Source: Candidatus Undinarchaeales archaeon
GTDB lineage: Archaea > SpSt-1190 > JASMDC01
Assembly (NCBI GenBank): GCA_030753015.1
Contig: JASMDC010000003.1
Coordinates: 32,001 to 96,000 of the forward strand
Length of the DNA: 64,000 bases
Direction of reading: 5' to 3'
Shown: one piece after another, positions 28,751 to 40,100 of the stretch
Layout: each line of letters starts with the position of its first letter
How positions within the stretch are numbered: position 1 is the stretch's first letter
Notes under the pieces: generated by a model
The model's database searches: none
What the model was told of the DNA's origin: nothing
Seen by the model: only the letters and a program-made list of their open reading frames with translations
Program-made: the position numbers and the translations under genes

Positions 28751-30039
28751 TGCGACGCCGTCTCAACGTCGGCCGGTCCCGCTCGGCAGTTGGCTGGTTC
28801 CTATGGCTCGCTCACGCGACCCGCGGCGTTGCCCCGGCAGTGCTCATGCTCGGTGCATCGGTCGCGCTCACCATCGGGATGTCCATGTACGTCACTGCCA
28901 AGCTCCAGGGGGACGCGGTCGTGAAGTCCATTACCCAAGAGGCGAAGATACTCAAGCGGATCCATATCAACGAGGCCGCGCGGCTCTACGCACGCCAATC
29001 CATCAGGACCGTTGTGAACCAGGCAGTGGCCGATGTTCTGCGTTACGGTGGTTTCACGGACCCCGCCTTCACCGCTCTTGGGACCGTGACCATAAGTCAG
29101 AGCAAGGTCGTGCTGCTCGAGAAATGCGAGCAACAAGGGGGAGGTGATGTGACGTGGAAGAAAGCGTGCGAGCAGGAGCTCGATCCGTTCCTGGAGGGCG
29201 ACATCACGGTCATAACGGAACGCGCTCGCGAGAGCATAGGTCAGCTTGTGCCCGAACGGATCGGGGCCGCCGTAGCAGCACATAACCGCGAGGACCAGGA
29301 CGCCATGATTCGTCTCACCTCGCCGGACATCCATATGGACTTCAACGATGATGCCGTGTCTGTTATCGTCCCGCTCAACATCACTACCTACCTTTCCAAC
29401 AAGATGGGCGTTGTCTCCTCGCCCGACTATGTTTCCGAGACGGTGCAGGTGCGCATGATGAGGCTCTTTGAGATCGGGCTGGAGGTTTCACGATTGGACC
29501 TTCACGAGCGTAGCCAAGAGGCACTGTGCGGCGTGTGCGACCGCTATCCCGATCGGCGCCCGATGGCAAAGGACCTGCGTACCATCATGGACGAGGCCCT
29601 TGACAAGATCGAGGAAGAGTATGCCGAGGAGTATGCCGACGATGGTATCACGATCTCCATCTCCCTTGTCGAAGGGACCCAGTTCCACATCTTACCGACG
29701 GCAAAGCCCTTCGATCGGGTCGAGGAGGATGGTGTGTCGGTCGTTAGCTGGAATGAACCGGAAGCGGATGACGCACCAGTTCCCTGGCAACTGTACATGA
29801 ACGGCGAGGTGGCCGAGGATCCTGCGAGCGGAAAGAAGAGCGGTCGATACGGCCTGGGCGCCGATCTTGTCATCCATGTCCGTGCAGAGGACCAGCGGAC
29901 CTACCTCCCTTATTTGGTACAGCGTGGCACGAAGATAGACTACGAGTACCGGCCCATCGCTGTGGAGTTCGTGCTCAAGAAGCGTGTGTGGGAGGGCGAC
30001 GACTCGAAGTGCTCCCTCACAGCCGAGTGCGAGGGATAG
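28747..30039 (+). CDS. Large prepilin-like protein 19 (430 aa)
   Basis: AHATRG|VAPAVLMLGASVALTIGMSMYV; GGAGGTG site; ATGA overlap. Confidence 0.8.
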   Translation: MMRRRLNVGRSRSAVGWFLWLAHATRGVAPAVLMLGASVALTIGMSMYVTAKLQGDAVVKSITQEAKILKRIHINEAARLYARQSIRTVVNQAVADVLRYGGFTDPAFTALGTVTISQSKVVLLEKCEQQGGGDVTWKKACEQELDPFLEGDITVITERARESIGQLVPERIGAAVAAHNREDQDAMIRLTSPDIHMDFNDDAVSVIVPLNITTYLSNKMGVVSSPDYVSETVQVRMMRLFEIGLEVSRLDLHERSQEALCGVCDRYPDRRPMAKDLRTIMDEALDKIEEEYAEEYADDGITISISLVEGTQFHILPTAKPFDRVEEDGVSVVSWNEPEADDAPVPWQLYMNGEVAEDPASGKKSGRYGLGADLVIHVRAEDQRTYLPYLVQRGTKIDYEYRPIAVEFVLKKRVWEGDDSKCSLTAECEG

Positions 30040-30128
30040 GGCGATAACGGATTACTGAAGGGCGAATCCCCCTCGATTTGCGAAAAAGTTATAGGGGGGG
30101 ACGTGAGCTTGCATGCAATCTCAGAGTA

Positions 30129-31010
30129 ATGAAAATGACGTGGCCAACGATCAGTCTGCCAAAGGACCCCGAACTAGAGGAGAAATATTTTCACGAGCTC
30201 GAGGAAGATATAATCCAGATAGAGAAGGAAGCAGGGCTCCTGGAAAAGAACGCGCCCTTCCGTAAGTACGAAAAGGAGTATTTCAAAGAGATCGGAAATA
30301 GCGCAACTCCTGTGAAGGCAAGTAGAGTAATCGAAGCTGCAAGCAGCGCAGATATTGTATATCTGGGAGATTACCATTTTTCACCTGAATGCCAAGATGT
30401 ACAACTGGCCGTTCTCGACGCCATGGCGGCGAAGAGTGCGAAGGATGGGCGGCCTCTCCACCTTGCAGTTGAGTTTTTTGCAGAGCCCTATCAGGACGCT
30501 GTGGACGAATACCTCGCTGGGAAGCTCACGCCGGGCCAGCTAGCACACCGTACGAATTTCGACGAGGAGATGGGTGTGAACTTCGAGAGCTATGTGCGGC
30601 TCCTTGACTACGCACGGGACCATGGGATCGCAGTTCACGCGACGGAGTACTCGAGGGATGATCGGAAGGGTAAGGATCTCTACGCAAGGGACGAGCACGC
30701 AGCGAATTCAATCGTCAATCTATTCGATAATGATGAAGTTGAACGGCCGCGCGTGGCAGTCGTGTACGGTACCTATCATACAAGTCCTGGACATCTCCCG
30801 AAGCAGGTCGATAGACGACTTGATGAACCTACAAGAAATGTGAGCATCATAAGCTCTGCCCCGGACATATACTGGTCACTGGCATATAGCATGCCCGGTG
30901 AAGACCTCGAGGCGGCCCGGGTGAAAGAAGATGTCTTCTACGTTCCAGAGGTAAGCGAGACGGAGCACAGCGAACGCTACCTTAACAACTTAGATGCGTG
31001 CCAACTCTGA
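30129..31010 (+). CDS. ChaN-like (TIKI/EreA-ChaN superfamily) protein
   Basis: ADIVYLGDYH, LAVEFF, YQDAVDEYLAGKL, LLDYAR, RDEHAA and VVYGTYH motifs. Confidence 0.75.
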   Translation: MKMTWPTISLPKDPELEEKYFHELEEDIIQIEKEAGLLEKNAPFRKYEKEYFKEIGNSATPVKASRVIEAASSADIVYLGDYHFSPECQDVQLAVLDAMAAKSAKDGRPLHLAVEFFAEPYQDAVDEYLAGKLTPGQLAHRTNFDEEMGVNFESYVRLLDYARDHGIAVHATEYSRDDRKGKDLYARDEHAANSIVNLFDNDEVERPRVAVVYGTYHTSPGHLPKQVDRRLDEPTRNVSIISSAPDIYWSLAYSMPGEDLEAARVKEDVFYVPEVSETEHSERYLNNLDACQL

Positions 31011-31043
31011 GACCGCGGTCTGTTCGCGTCCATTTTTTAAGCA

Positions 31044-32327
31044 TTGAACTACTCAAGTCGCTCCGTGCTGGAGCGGAAGCGGGATAACCTGCGTTTCCTC
31101 CTGGACGAACTGGAGGGGTGGAAGGAGAGCGAGCTCATAACTTGTGAGCAGCACGAGACTCTTGCCAAGCGCTATAAAGAGCGCCTCGACTTAATCGAGA
31201 AGGAGACCACGGGCGAGGACGCGGTCTACCTGGAAGAGGCTTACGGGACCTGGCTCGTTCGTTTGGGCACGATGGCGGTGCTCGCGGCCTTCTCCATTAT
31301 AGCTGCCTACTCGATGGGGTGGTTCACGTCCGGCCAGAAAGTACTCCTTACCTTCCTAGGATCGGGATTATTCTGCGGTCTGGCCATTAAGCTTCGATCC
31401 GCGCTCAGAGAGACACTGTCCAACGCCCTGCTCTTTATTGGGGGCTCTCTCCTCGTAGCGGCTATCGGACTCCTATATTCCTTCGACTTCGTTGGAGCTG
31501 GAGTGGAGGCCCTTCTTCAGCTTGGAGCGGCAGTTGCGCTTGTCAAGCTTGCCGAGCGCTTCGACTCCATATGGGTGCTAATCGAGGGGATGAGCACTGC
31601 GGTGGGCGCGGGGACCCTCCTGTATCAAGAGGTGCTCCCCGAAATAGTCGTCTTACTGTGTGCTGCCGTGACCTGCGCTTGGTTCGCCCATCGCGTCATC
31701 GAGCGCTCACCCGCGGCCTTGGCGTACGACCTGTTCGTCTCGTTCTTCGTACTCGGATTCCTTGCGTGGGAGATACTGGAGATCCTGCAAGAGCACTGGA
31801 CGAACTTCCATTGGTACCTGATCCCGCTGTCGCTCCTTATCTATTCGGTCATCCTCCTTGTCACGGCTCCGCGCGTGAAGCGGAAGCATGGCGGGTGGTC
31901 AGCCGTTCCCTTCTACTTGGCAGGATGTGCCGGGACCGCCATCATGTGGGGCATGTTCGTCCTCGATTTTAGCAGGGCCATGGACTTTACGGCGCCAGTG
32001 GGCCTGGGGGCGGTCACGTACCTACCAATGGGAATAGCTTTCCTTCGTTGGGGGCGACAGGAGGGCGAGACCGTCGTCATCGCCGCAGGCGGACTTGTTC
32101 TCCTCTTCGACCTCACCCTCGTAGCGAACGTGCTCGAGCTGCCTCCGGCCGTAGCGGCAACGCTCCTCCTCCTCGCTGGCGTCGGTGTGCTGTTCGCAGC
32201 CTGGCGCTTCGATGTACGGCGACGGGAACTCTTAGCTGCTCTTGGGGCTTCTGAAGAGAAGGATGATAAACTGGGCGATACCGCCGAAGGTGCAATGGAG
32301 GGCGTTGGCGCGCTCTTGGAGCGGTGA
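31044..32327 (+). CDS. Multi-pass membrane protein, DUF2157-like
   Basis: N-terminal LLDELEGWKESELITCEQHETLAKRY signature followed by about 12 hydrophobic segments. Confidence 0.75.
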   Translation: MNYSSRSVLERKRDNLRFLLDELEGWKESELITCEQHETLAKRYKERLDLIEKETTGEDAVYLEEAYGTWLVRLGTMAVLAAFSIIAAYSMGWFTSGQKVLLTFLGSGLFCGLAIKLRSALRETLSNALLFIGGSLLVAAIGLLYSFDFVGAGVEALLQLGAAVALVKLAERFDSIWVLIEGMSTAVGAGTLLYQEVLPEIVVLLCAAVTCAWFAHRVIERSPAALAYDLFVSFFVLGFLAWEILEILQEHWTNFHWYLIPLSLLIYSVILLVTAPRVKRKHGGWSAVPFYLAGCAGTAIMWGMFVLDFSRAMDFTAPVGLGAVTYLPMGIAFLRWGRQEGETVVIAAGGLVLLFDLTLVANVLELPPAVAATLLLLAGVGVLFAAWRFDVRRRELLAALGASEEKDDKLGDTAEGAMEGVGALLER

Positions 32328-32330
32328 CGC

Positions 32331-32756
32331 TCAATCACCCTCGTGCACAGACGACGTCCCTATGATTGTAATGGACACCTTCCGTTTACGCGGGCGGACG
32401 TCCAGCTCAACAAGGAAGATCGACTGCCAGGTACCCAGTTGTAATCGATCATCGCGCACAGGTATGGTACAGGATGGGCCGAGCATAAGTGAGCGAACAT
32501 GGCTCTGGGGATTCTCCCCATGCTTATAGTTCGCCTTCTTCGGTACGAGCCGCTCGATCGCGGCCTTGAAGTCCTCCACTGCAGCAGGGTCGTTCTCGTT
32601 CAGGACGATGGCACTGGTTGCCCCTGGGACGAACACCGTGGCGGTGCCTGTACGCACCTTTGCCTCAGTGATAACGGACGCAACTAGCTCTGTGATGTCC
32701 TGGAAGTCAAGTTCTCCCGCGGTCGAGATGGGGACGTCCCGAGCGTACACGACCAT
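32331..32756 (-). CDS. yjbQ: YjbQ/UPF0047 family protein (secondary thiamine-phosphate synthase)
   Basis: DITELV, VFVPGATSAIVLNENDP, NPQSHVRS, LQLGTWQSIFLVELD. Confidence 0.92.
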   Translation of the reverse strand: MVVYARDVPISTAGELDFQDITELVASVITEAKVRTGTATVFVPGATSAIVLNENDPAAVEDFKAAIERLVPKKANYKHGENPQSHVRSLMLGPSCTIPVRDDRLQLGTWQSIFLVELDVRPRKRKVSITIIGTSSVHEGD

Positions 32757-32757
32757 C

Positions 32758-33831
32758 TTATTGATCCTCCGCACCGATCCAGGTCAGTATCCTATTGAAC
32801 GCCTCGATACGGCTAGGGAAGAGGACAGGGCCGCTCTTGAAGAAGAAGGCGCTGAGGTCCCGAGGGACGAAATCACACTTCTCCTTGGCGATGGGCACCA
32901 GACGGATCAGGTCTGCAAGTAGCACGGATGCGGAGGGCGAATCACTGATACGTGCGGTGATGGTGATGAAGTTGGTTGTCCCGGCGAAGGTGTTGTAGTG
33001 TATGTTCAGGTACATGTGCTTGGTATCGGGGTCCATATGTGCCGGTGGGATGTAATCGATACCGATGTAATGCGGGATTTCCACGCCGGGGTACACGGTC
33101 GTGATGATGCGGGACTTGGACCGTTTCTTGGCAGCGCCCCTTCCGCTCGAATCTGAGAGGGAGAGGAAGTCAGTGTTAGATGCGTACTGCCACTGAGCGA
33201 TATTGAGCGGGATCCGCCCGTGCTGGGAGAGGTGGCACAACAGATCATGGGTGAGCGGAGTTGCTCCGGAGGCGAAGTCGTTCCCCATTAGCACGGCTTT
33301 ATTCTCTCTGGCGAGGTAGTCGTACTCCTCATCACCACAGATGGGGGTGGGGATCCCGTTGATTACACTCACTCCCTCCTGGAGGGCGTAGAGGGAGTAG
33401 ACCTTGCTCGAGGTCATATCTACGTCCGGCTCGGTCGTGGAGCAGATCGCCAGAACATCAAGGTTCTTCATCCGATCCCTTAGGTACGTCTCGGTCTCTC
33501 CGCGTTTCTTATGGTCCCAGATGGAAACGATGTTCTTGACTACGTGGTCCCTTTCCACACATACGCCCTCTTCTACTATGATATCATCGTAGTAACCCTT
33601 GGGAAGAGGGTAATACTTGCGGATGACCTCACCGACGCTCTTACCTACCTTGTCCCCATCGATGTCGAACACGCGTACGAGCTCGATGTCGTCCAAAGGG
33701 ACAGGTATGACATCCCTGACGGGATTGGTCAAGCAGGTCCAGATATCTCTGCCTTCGCGATGGAGAGCGAGGCCATAGAGGAAGCACGATGATAAATAGC
33801 CGAGGCCGACGATACCGATTCGGATGGTCAT
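32758..33831 (-). CDS. ino1: myo-inositol-1-phosphate synthase (archaeal type)
   Basis: GIVGLG Rossmann motif, FDIDGDKVGK, GNDFASGATPLT, SNTDFLSL, KKRSKS, ARISDSPS. Confidence 0.85.
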   Translation of the reverse strand: MTIRIGIVGLGYLSSCFLYGLALHREGRDIWTCLTNPVRDVIPVPLDDIELVRVFDIDGDKVGKSVGEVIRKYYPLPKGYYDDIIVEEGVCVERDHVVKNIVSIWDHKKRGETETYLRDRMKNLDVLAICSTTEPDVDMTSSKVYSLYALQEGVSVINGIPTPICGDEEYDYLARENKAVLMGNDFASGATPLTHDLLCHLSQHGRIPLNIAQWQYASNTDFLSLSDSSGRGAAKKRSKSRIITTVYPGVEIPHYIGIDYIPPAHMDPDTKHMYLNIHYNTFAGTTNFITITARISDSPSASVLLADLIRLVPIAKEKCDFVPRDLSAFFFKSGPVLFPSRIEAFNRILTWIGAEDQ

Positions 33832-34074
33832 GGTCGTGTCACCGCTCTCTGCTAACGGGGTAGAAGATAAAAATTGGACCCTAGCTCTTCCGAGCCTTGT
33901 CGCGAACGTAGTGAACTAATATTTCTTCATAGTCTTTTCAAAAAACGGTAAATATACCTTATTTAGCAGCTAAACCGAATATTTGTACTCTAAAAAGCGT
34001 GAGCAACGACCAGCAACCATAAACGGCGCTCCACTACCACAAGCTACTGTTCGAAATTCGTAGTGAAACGTCCC

Positions 34075-34094
34075 AGAAAAAACCCATTTATATG
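34075..34094 (+). promoter_or_regulatory. BRE/TATA promoter for the 2696-aa gene
   Basis: GAAAAAACCCA-TTTATAT about 35 nt upstream of GTG 34124 in an AT-rich divergent gap. Confidence 0.55.
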
Positions 34095-34123
34095 GTTGCA
34101 ACCTACCACTTTCACGGGTACAG

Positions 34124-37100
34124 GTGATCACTTTGACTAGATTGAAGAGGACCATTGCTGGATTGTTGATCGTGCTGCTACTTCTGGGTGTAGCGGAAGG
34201 AGAGGTGGCGTGTGAAATACCGCGACCGGATATATGTACACAGGAGTACGATCCGGTGTGTGGCTCGGACGGAGAGGTGTATGGAAACGGGTGCACTGCG
34301 TGTAGCAACACCGCCGTGGAGTATTACACTGCTGGCGAATGCGACGCGCCGGTAGGGGGGACTCCCGAAGAAGACGCGTCCATCCCACCGCCAGAGCTGG
34401 TCCATCCCGAATGCCCCCAGAACATGGAGGAGGTCTGCCTTTGCGATCAATGCTTCTGCACAACACCCCGGTGCGTTGTGGACGCCGACTGCACTACGAA
34501 GGTCACGTGTGCCGCGAACGAAGTGGATATCTGCCAGGACGAGGTCTGCACCTGTATCAGCACTGACGACGTGGACCTGGTGGACGTTAACGACACTGCG
34601 GACTGGGGGGACGACGAGATCCCGCTCCCGCTGGGAGTCGAGTGCCGCGTCCAGAGCCTTGAGAGCGAAAACATCAAGGACTACTACGACAAGACATCGC
34701 GACAACTCTGCTCAATCTCTGAAGCATTCTCGAATTTCATCGGCACCGAGCCCGACGAGATGAGGGCTCGGGCGGATTATGGTTTCTCTGCAGAACGTCC
34801 AGAATGGTCGGGTGTGTTCACCGAGACGGAGGACTCCCTGGGACGTGCGATATCAGAGACCGCAAGCGCGGAACATCGCCTCGCTCAGCACATGGTCCGT
34901 TTCATCAACACCGTCAAGGTCATGCTCAACCTCTGCGGCACTGCTGACTACGTATGCGGCCACGAGTGCACGCTGTGCGGTGGTGCTGCAAGTGGCCAGT
35001 CACCTTGCTCTTGCGAGGACGAGTCTTGTTGTAACTCCCTTGTTACTGAAGACATGTGCAGCGTCGCCACCACCTGTTCATGGAATCCCAGCGATGCTGG
35101 CGAGTGCGATGATAAGGCCGATGGAGACAAGTGTTCCAACGGCAACGGTATCTGCTGCGCAGGTAAGAAAGGAGCCAGTGACACGAACGTCTCTATGTGC
35201 ATCATCGGTGGGATAGAGTGCGGAGACTTCGAAGACGAGTGCTCCGACCAGACCGACGGAGCGCGGTGCGGTACTGCAGGAAGATGCTGCGGAAAACGAT
35301 GCGTCGAGGGTGCGTTCTCATGTGACGCAGGGACCTGTTCGCTAAGTTGCGGCAGCTTCGATTCCGATAAATGCCAGAATTTCGACTGTTCGGGCAACAA
35401 TAAGACCACGTGCGGCGAAACCAACGATACAAAGGGGATCTGTATGTGGAAGTCCTATGATAACGTCCCCGGCGACGACGATAACGATGGGGATGGTATC
35501 AATCGCTGCTACGACAACATGACATGCGATGCCGATGGCGACAGTATCCCCGACCGGGTAGACGAGGACATCGACGGCGACGGTATCCCCAACGAGGAAG
35601 ACCTGGACGTCGACGGCGATGGCGTCCCGAACGAGGAGGATCGGCTCCCCGGTGATGACAATGACGTCACATCGAAGAAGCTGTACGGTATCAAGTACAG
35701 CCTCCAACGCTGGGACGAAGAGGATGGCTGGTCCAATATCGACGAAGAGGTGGAATGTGTCAATGAATGTACCCACGAGTGCATCTGGCAGAACACCTGT
35801 CGGAATGGAGCCGACCTTGTCCAGTGCATATTCGGAGACCAGAACGATGGACAGCAAGGCGATTGTGATTGCCAAGGCCGACCGCAGGACAGCCAGGTGG
35901 AGCAGATCTCCACTGAGGTAACTCCCGGAGAGGGTGAGCTGGACTTCGACGGAGACGGAGTGCGTATTTGTATCGATAACGAGACGTGCGATTCTGACGG
36001 CGACGGCAACCTCGACTATGAGGATGAGGACGATGATAACGACGGCACGGTGGACGTGCTGGACGAGGACGACGACGGGGACGGCAACCTCGACACCGAG
36101 GACCTGCTCTTCGGCGACGACGATGACTTCACCTTCACGTCCTACAAGATGGACGACGATCTTGACTGTATCCTCACCTGCGGTCCGGACTTCCGACAGT
36201 GCGACTCGGACGGGGACGGTATCAACATCCCCCAGGACCCCGACGACGACGACGACGGTATTTCCGACGACGCTGGCGATCTGGACCAGGACGGGGACTC
36301 TCAGGGTAACGGGTGTGTGAACATCTGCAACCTCAACACCACGCAGGACCAATGTCTGCCGGCTTGTCCCAAGAGCTGGGAGAGCGGTGCGGACCAGTGC
36401 GGAGAGTGGTCGGGATCGTGCATGGGCACGATCAACCGCTACTATGAGAACCTCTATCTTATCGAGCACCTAGGGATCCTGGTGAACAACGAGATCAACA
36501 ATATAGTCACCTATTCCCGGGAGAACGACACTTTAGTGGAGATGGCGACACAAGATAACGAGATCAACGTCACTGCCATCAGTGAGCTCGATATCAATAT
36601 GGACACTCCGGTCCTTGCGGCCATCATGGACAAGCTCGCGGACAAGGTAGTGGACGAGGCTGTGGCCAAGTACGTTGCCGACGTCGTGTTCGCCTTCATT
36701 GGAAGGAGCGACGAATTGGCCGGGAACGCCACAATGGTAGGTGAGCTACTGGACGAGTACAACGCAGGAATAGAAGCGAACCGCGAAGCGGTGCTCGCTA
36801 ATCTGGCAAATCTAGCAGAGCGTAACTGCGACCTATCGGAGGCCCTCCAGTGCTTTGAAGGCAAGAGCGCCTTTGACAGTGGACCGGGGGAATACGGTAT
36901 CGCTGAGCTGAACAACGAAGGATTCTGGCTCGATCTCGAGAACAACATCACCACGTACTTCGATCCCGCGGAGCTCGGTCAGGAACCGCCGGTCGAGATG
37001 ATCCAAGCCTGTAACGATGACGCTTGCTCCACGAGAAAGGAGGTAGAATCCCTGGACGATGCCTCCGACGTGCGTGTGGAGGGCGAGGAGCTCGTTCTTG

Positions 37101-40100
37101 TCACCGAATCGCGCGGCCTCTACAAGGACTATGTTCTCTTCGTGCCCAACTACAACAATGGGACCCTACCTCAAGAGCTGCAAGTAAAGGCTTCTATCAC
37201 CGGTGGTGGCTCAAGTGTCGAGGAGAAGACGCTCGTGTTCCCGAGCGCCGATGCTGCGAACCATACGATATCCCTGTCGCTTGCGACCATCTCTTACAAT
37301 GGTGCTGACCTCCTCGTCCGCTGGGGCGTTGACGCGCCCGCGCAGATAGCATGTGAGGAGCCGATATCCGATGTATGCACCCAGGAGTACGCCCCCGTAT
37401 GCGGTTCAGACGGGCGCACCCATTCAAACGGCTGCACGGCCTGCTCCACCGCGGGGGTCGAGACCTATTCACCTGGCGAGTGCGGCGCCATTACGCCCGG
37501 TACGAGCCCCGAAGGAGCGATCCTGGAGATTCGCATCACTCGTGGTGACCTGCCCCATGTTTGGCGTGTCCACGATGTTGGCCGGCTCTCCAGCGTGGTG
37601 AAAGGCGTAGATCGGAGCGTGCGCGAGGACCGCGCCCGACAGTGGGCCCGGAGGACGCGCATAGCATCTATCGACGGCCGCCGGATCGAGCTGGAGGAGC
37701 CCTACGCATACTCGGCGTTCATGGCGGGCGTGTTCAAGGAAGCGTGCCTGCTCTCGAGCGCGAACGTACAGATGCTGGATGAGGATCCGACCATGAGGCC
37801 GTCCAAGCTCCTGGACGTAGTCGCACCGTTGAACAAGATCGAGGAGGTGCTCCCGCCACGGGAGGATGACATCCTCGGAAGGCTCTTTGCAACCTGGGGC
37901 AGCAACGTATCGCTACCCAATCTCATATCCTTTGGTGATCCGATCTTCTCGGCAGAGGATGCGGTGCGCCAGGACCGTGCAGTGGAGGAGACCAACCAGA
38001 TGCTCTCACACATGTGCGTCCAGAACATCGAGCGGGGCACGGGAGCACCACCTGAGGAGCCCATCCCCGAGGCCTTTGTGGACACGGGTTTCCACTACAA
38101 CTGCGACTCCATCACATCTGAGGAGCTGTGCGGGGCGGCTGAGAGCGTTGCTTACTGCACATGGGAGAACGGTACTTGCATGAATATCGTGACCAACGAT
38201 ATCCTGCGGATAATCGAGCTCGACAGGATCGAGCTGGACGAGTTCACCTTCACCATGCAGGGGAGCGGTATCGCCCATGACGACCTGTTGATCTATGACA
38301 CTGCGACGTACGTTTCTCCCCAGTGCGTCCCGGCCGTACTCATGCGGCTTGGCCTTGGCGAAGATATGTGCACGTCCTTCGAACAGCTAGCGGAGCTCAT
38401 GATGGAGAACAACTGCACGAAGGGCGGGATCATCGACTGTCTGGACACAGAGGCGACAACGCCACGTATCACGATGCGAGAGCTCGTCTGGCTCGTTGAA
38501 TGCCCGTTGGCGGGCGTGACGTCCGGCACCGGCAACGATGGTTTGGACAACGATGGCGACGGTGCTATCGACGAGGACCCGCAGGACGATCTTGACAACG
38601 ATGGCGACGGCCTCATCGATGAGGACGGTCATGGCGGTGACGGTAAGGACAATGATGGTGACGGTCTCATCGACGAGGACTGGCGAGATGGTCAGGACAA
38701 CGATGGTGACGGTCGCATCGACGAGGACGGTGCCGGTATCGACGACTACAACGCTGATGGCCAGGACAACGATGATGATGGCCTCATCGACGAGGACGTA
38801 TGGGATGGCCAAGACAACGACAACGACGGCCTCATCGACGAGGATGGCTGGGGCGGCGACGGCCTGGACAACGACGGCGATGGCCTCATCGACGAGGACC
38901 CGCGCAACGACGTGGACGACGATGGCGATGGCCGTATCGACGAAGATGGTGCTGGCGTGGACGAGCACTGGCGTGAGGAGGCCGAATGCGATGCTTACAC
39001 CGTGGAGATCGAAGAGCATGCAGGGATGTCCGTGGGCGTTGGTGAGAAGTTGACCTATATTGTCACCATTACCGATACGTCCGAGGCGGAGAGCTGCAAG
39101 GAGCGGATCATCCGCATCACGGCAACCTCTGAAGGCCCCTGTGGTGTTGCGACTGTTCCGATGCCATTACAGTTCGACCTCGTCAAGGGCGATGTAGCGG
39201 TCAAGGAACTGGACGTCATCGCCTACTATGAGGAAGGGCAATGCATCATCCATGTCGTCGTGGAGGACGGTGGCCGACATTCCGCCGACCGCGAGTTCGC
39301 GATATCTCTGGACCCGTCACTGATCACACAGGAATGCCTTCCTGGCGAGCACCTTCAGAACGGTGCCTGCTGCGTGCTCGGCGAGACATGCTGCCGTACC
39401 TCGGAGGACTGTGCCACCGAGGGAACATGCATCGGTAACTACTTCATGCCCGCCGTGTGCGGTCCGGACCACTATTGCTTGACGACGCTCGACGTGGACA
39501 AGGTGGAGGACTGCACAAAACAGAGCAAGCTCTGCAGCGAGGAGCACAAGCGCTGCATGGACCCGAACGAGCTGAACATCCGTATCGACCTTGCCGTTCT
39601 GACAATCGTCCGGAACGAGTACAAGAAGGGCACGGAGCTTGAGCTCGTAGCCGATGTTGTGGACGTCAACCTACAGCACGTCCTGGGTGCCGTGATTAAC
39701 GTCAAGCTCGGTGACACGGTCGTGGGGCTACAGGAGAGCAATAACCTGTACCGCGGCATCATCGCGCTCGACGTTCCCGGAGAGCAAGAGTTGGTAATCA
39801 CCGCCAAGCGCGGCGAGGATCGGGACGAGTACTCCAAGACGATCACGGTGTACGAGCTCTTGGACTTCGAGATAGAGGCGGAGCCTCTCGCAATCTACCG
39901 TGGCGGCACCGTGTCCGTGCACGTGATACCCAAGGACACCGCAGGTACCGTGCTCGAGAACGTGCTTGTCAAGTACTTCCTCGATGCCGAGGAGGTGCTT
40001 GGCGGGAGCACCATCGAGATACCCATGGAGGCATCGGCTGGCGCCCACGGCCTCAAGACCTGTATCTTCAAGAAGTACTATAAGCCAGGACCGGCCTGTG

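Noticed and set aside
19274-30039. Provirus or archaellum operon
   Set aside because: No integrase, capsid, terminase or arlH/I/J genes; archaellin-type conserved N-termini are absent.
38537-38965. CRISPR array
   Set aside because: Repeats are in-frame, degenerate at third codon positions and lack unique 30-40 nt spacers; no cas genes are present.
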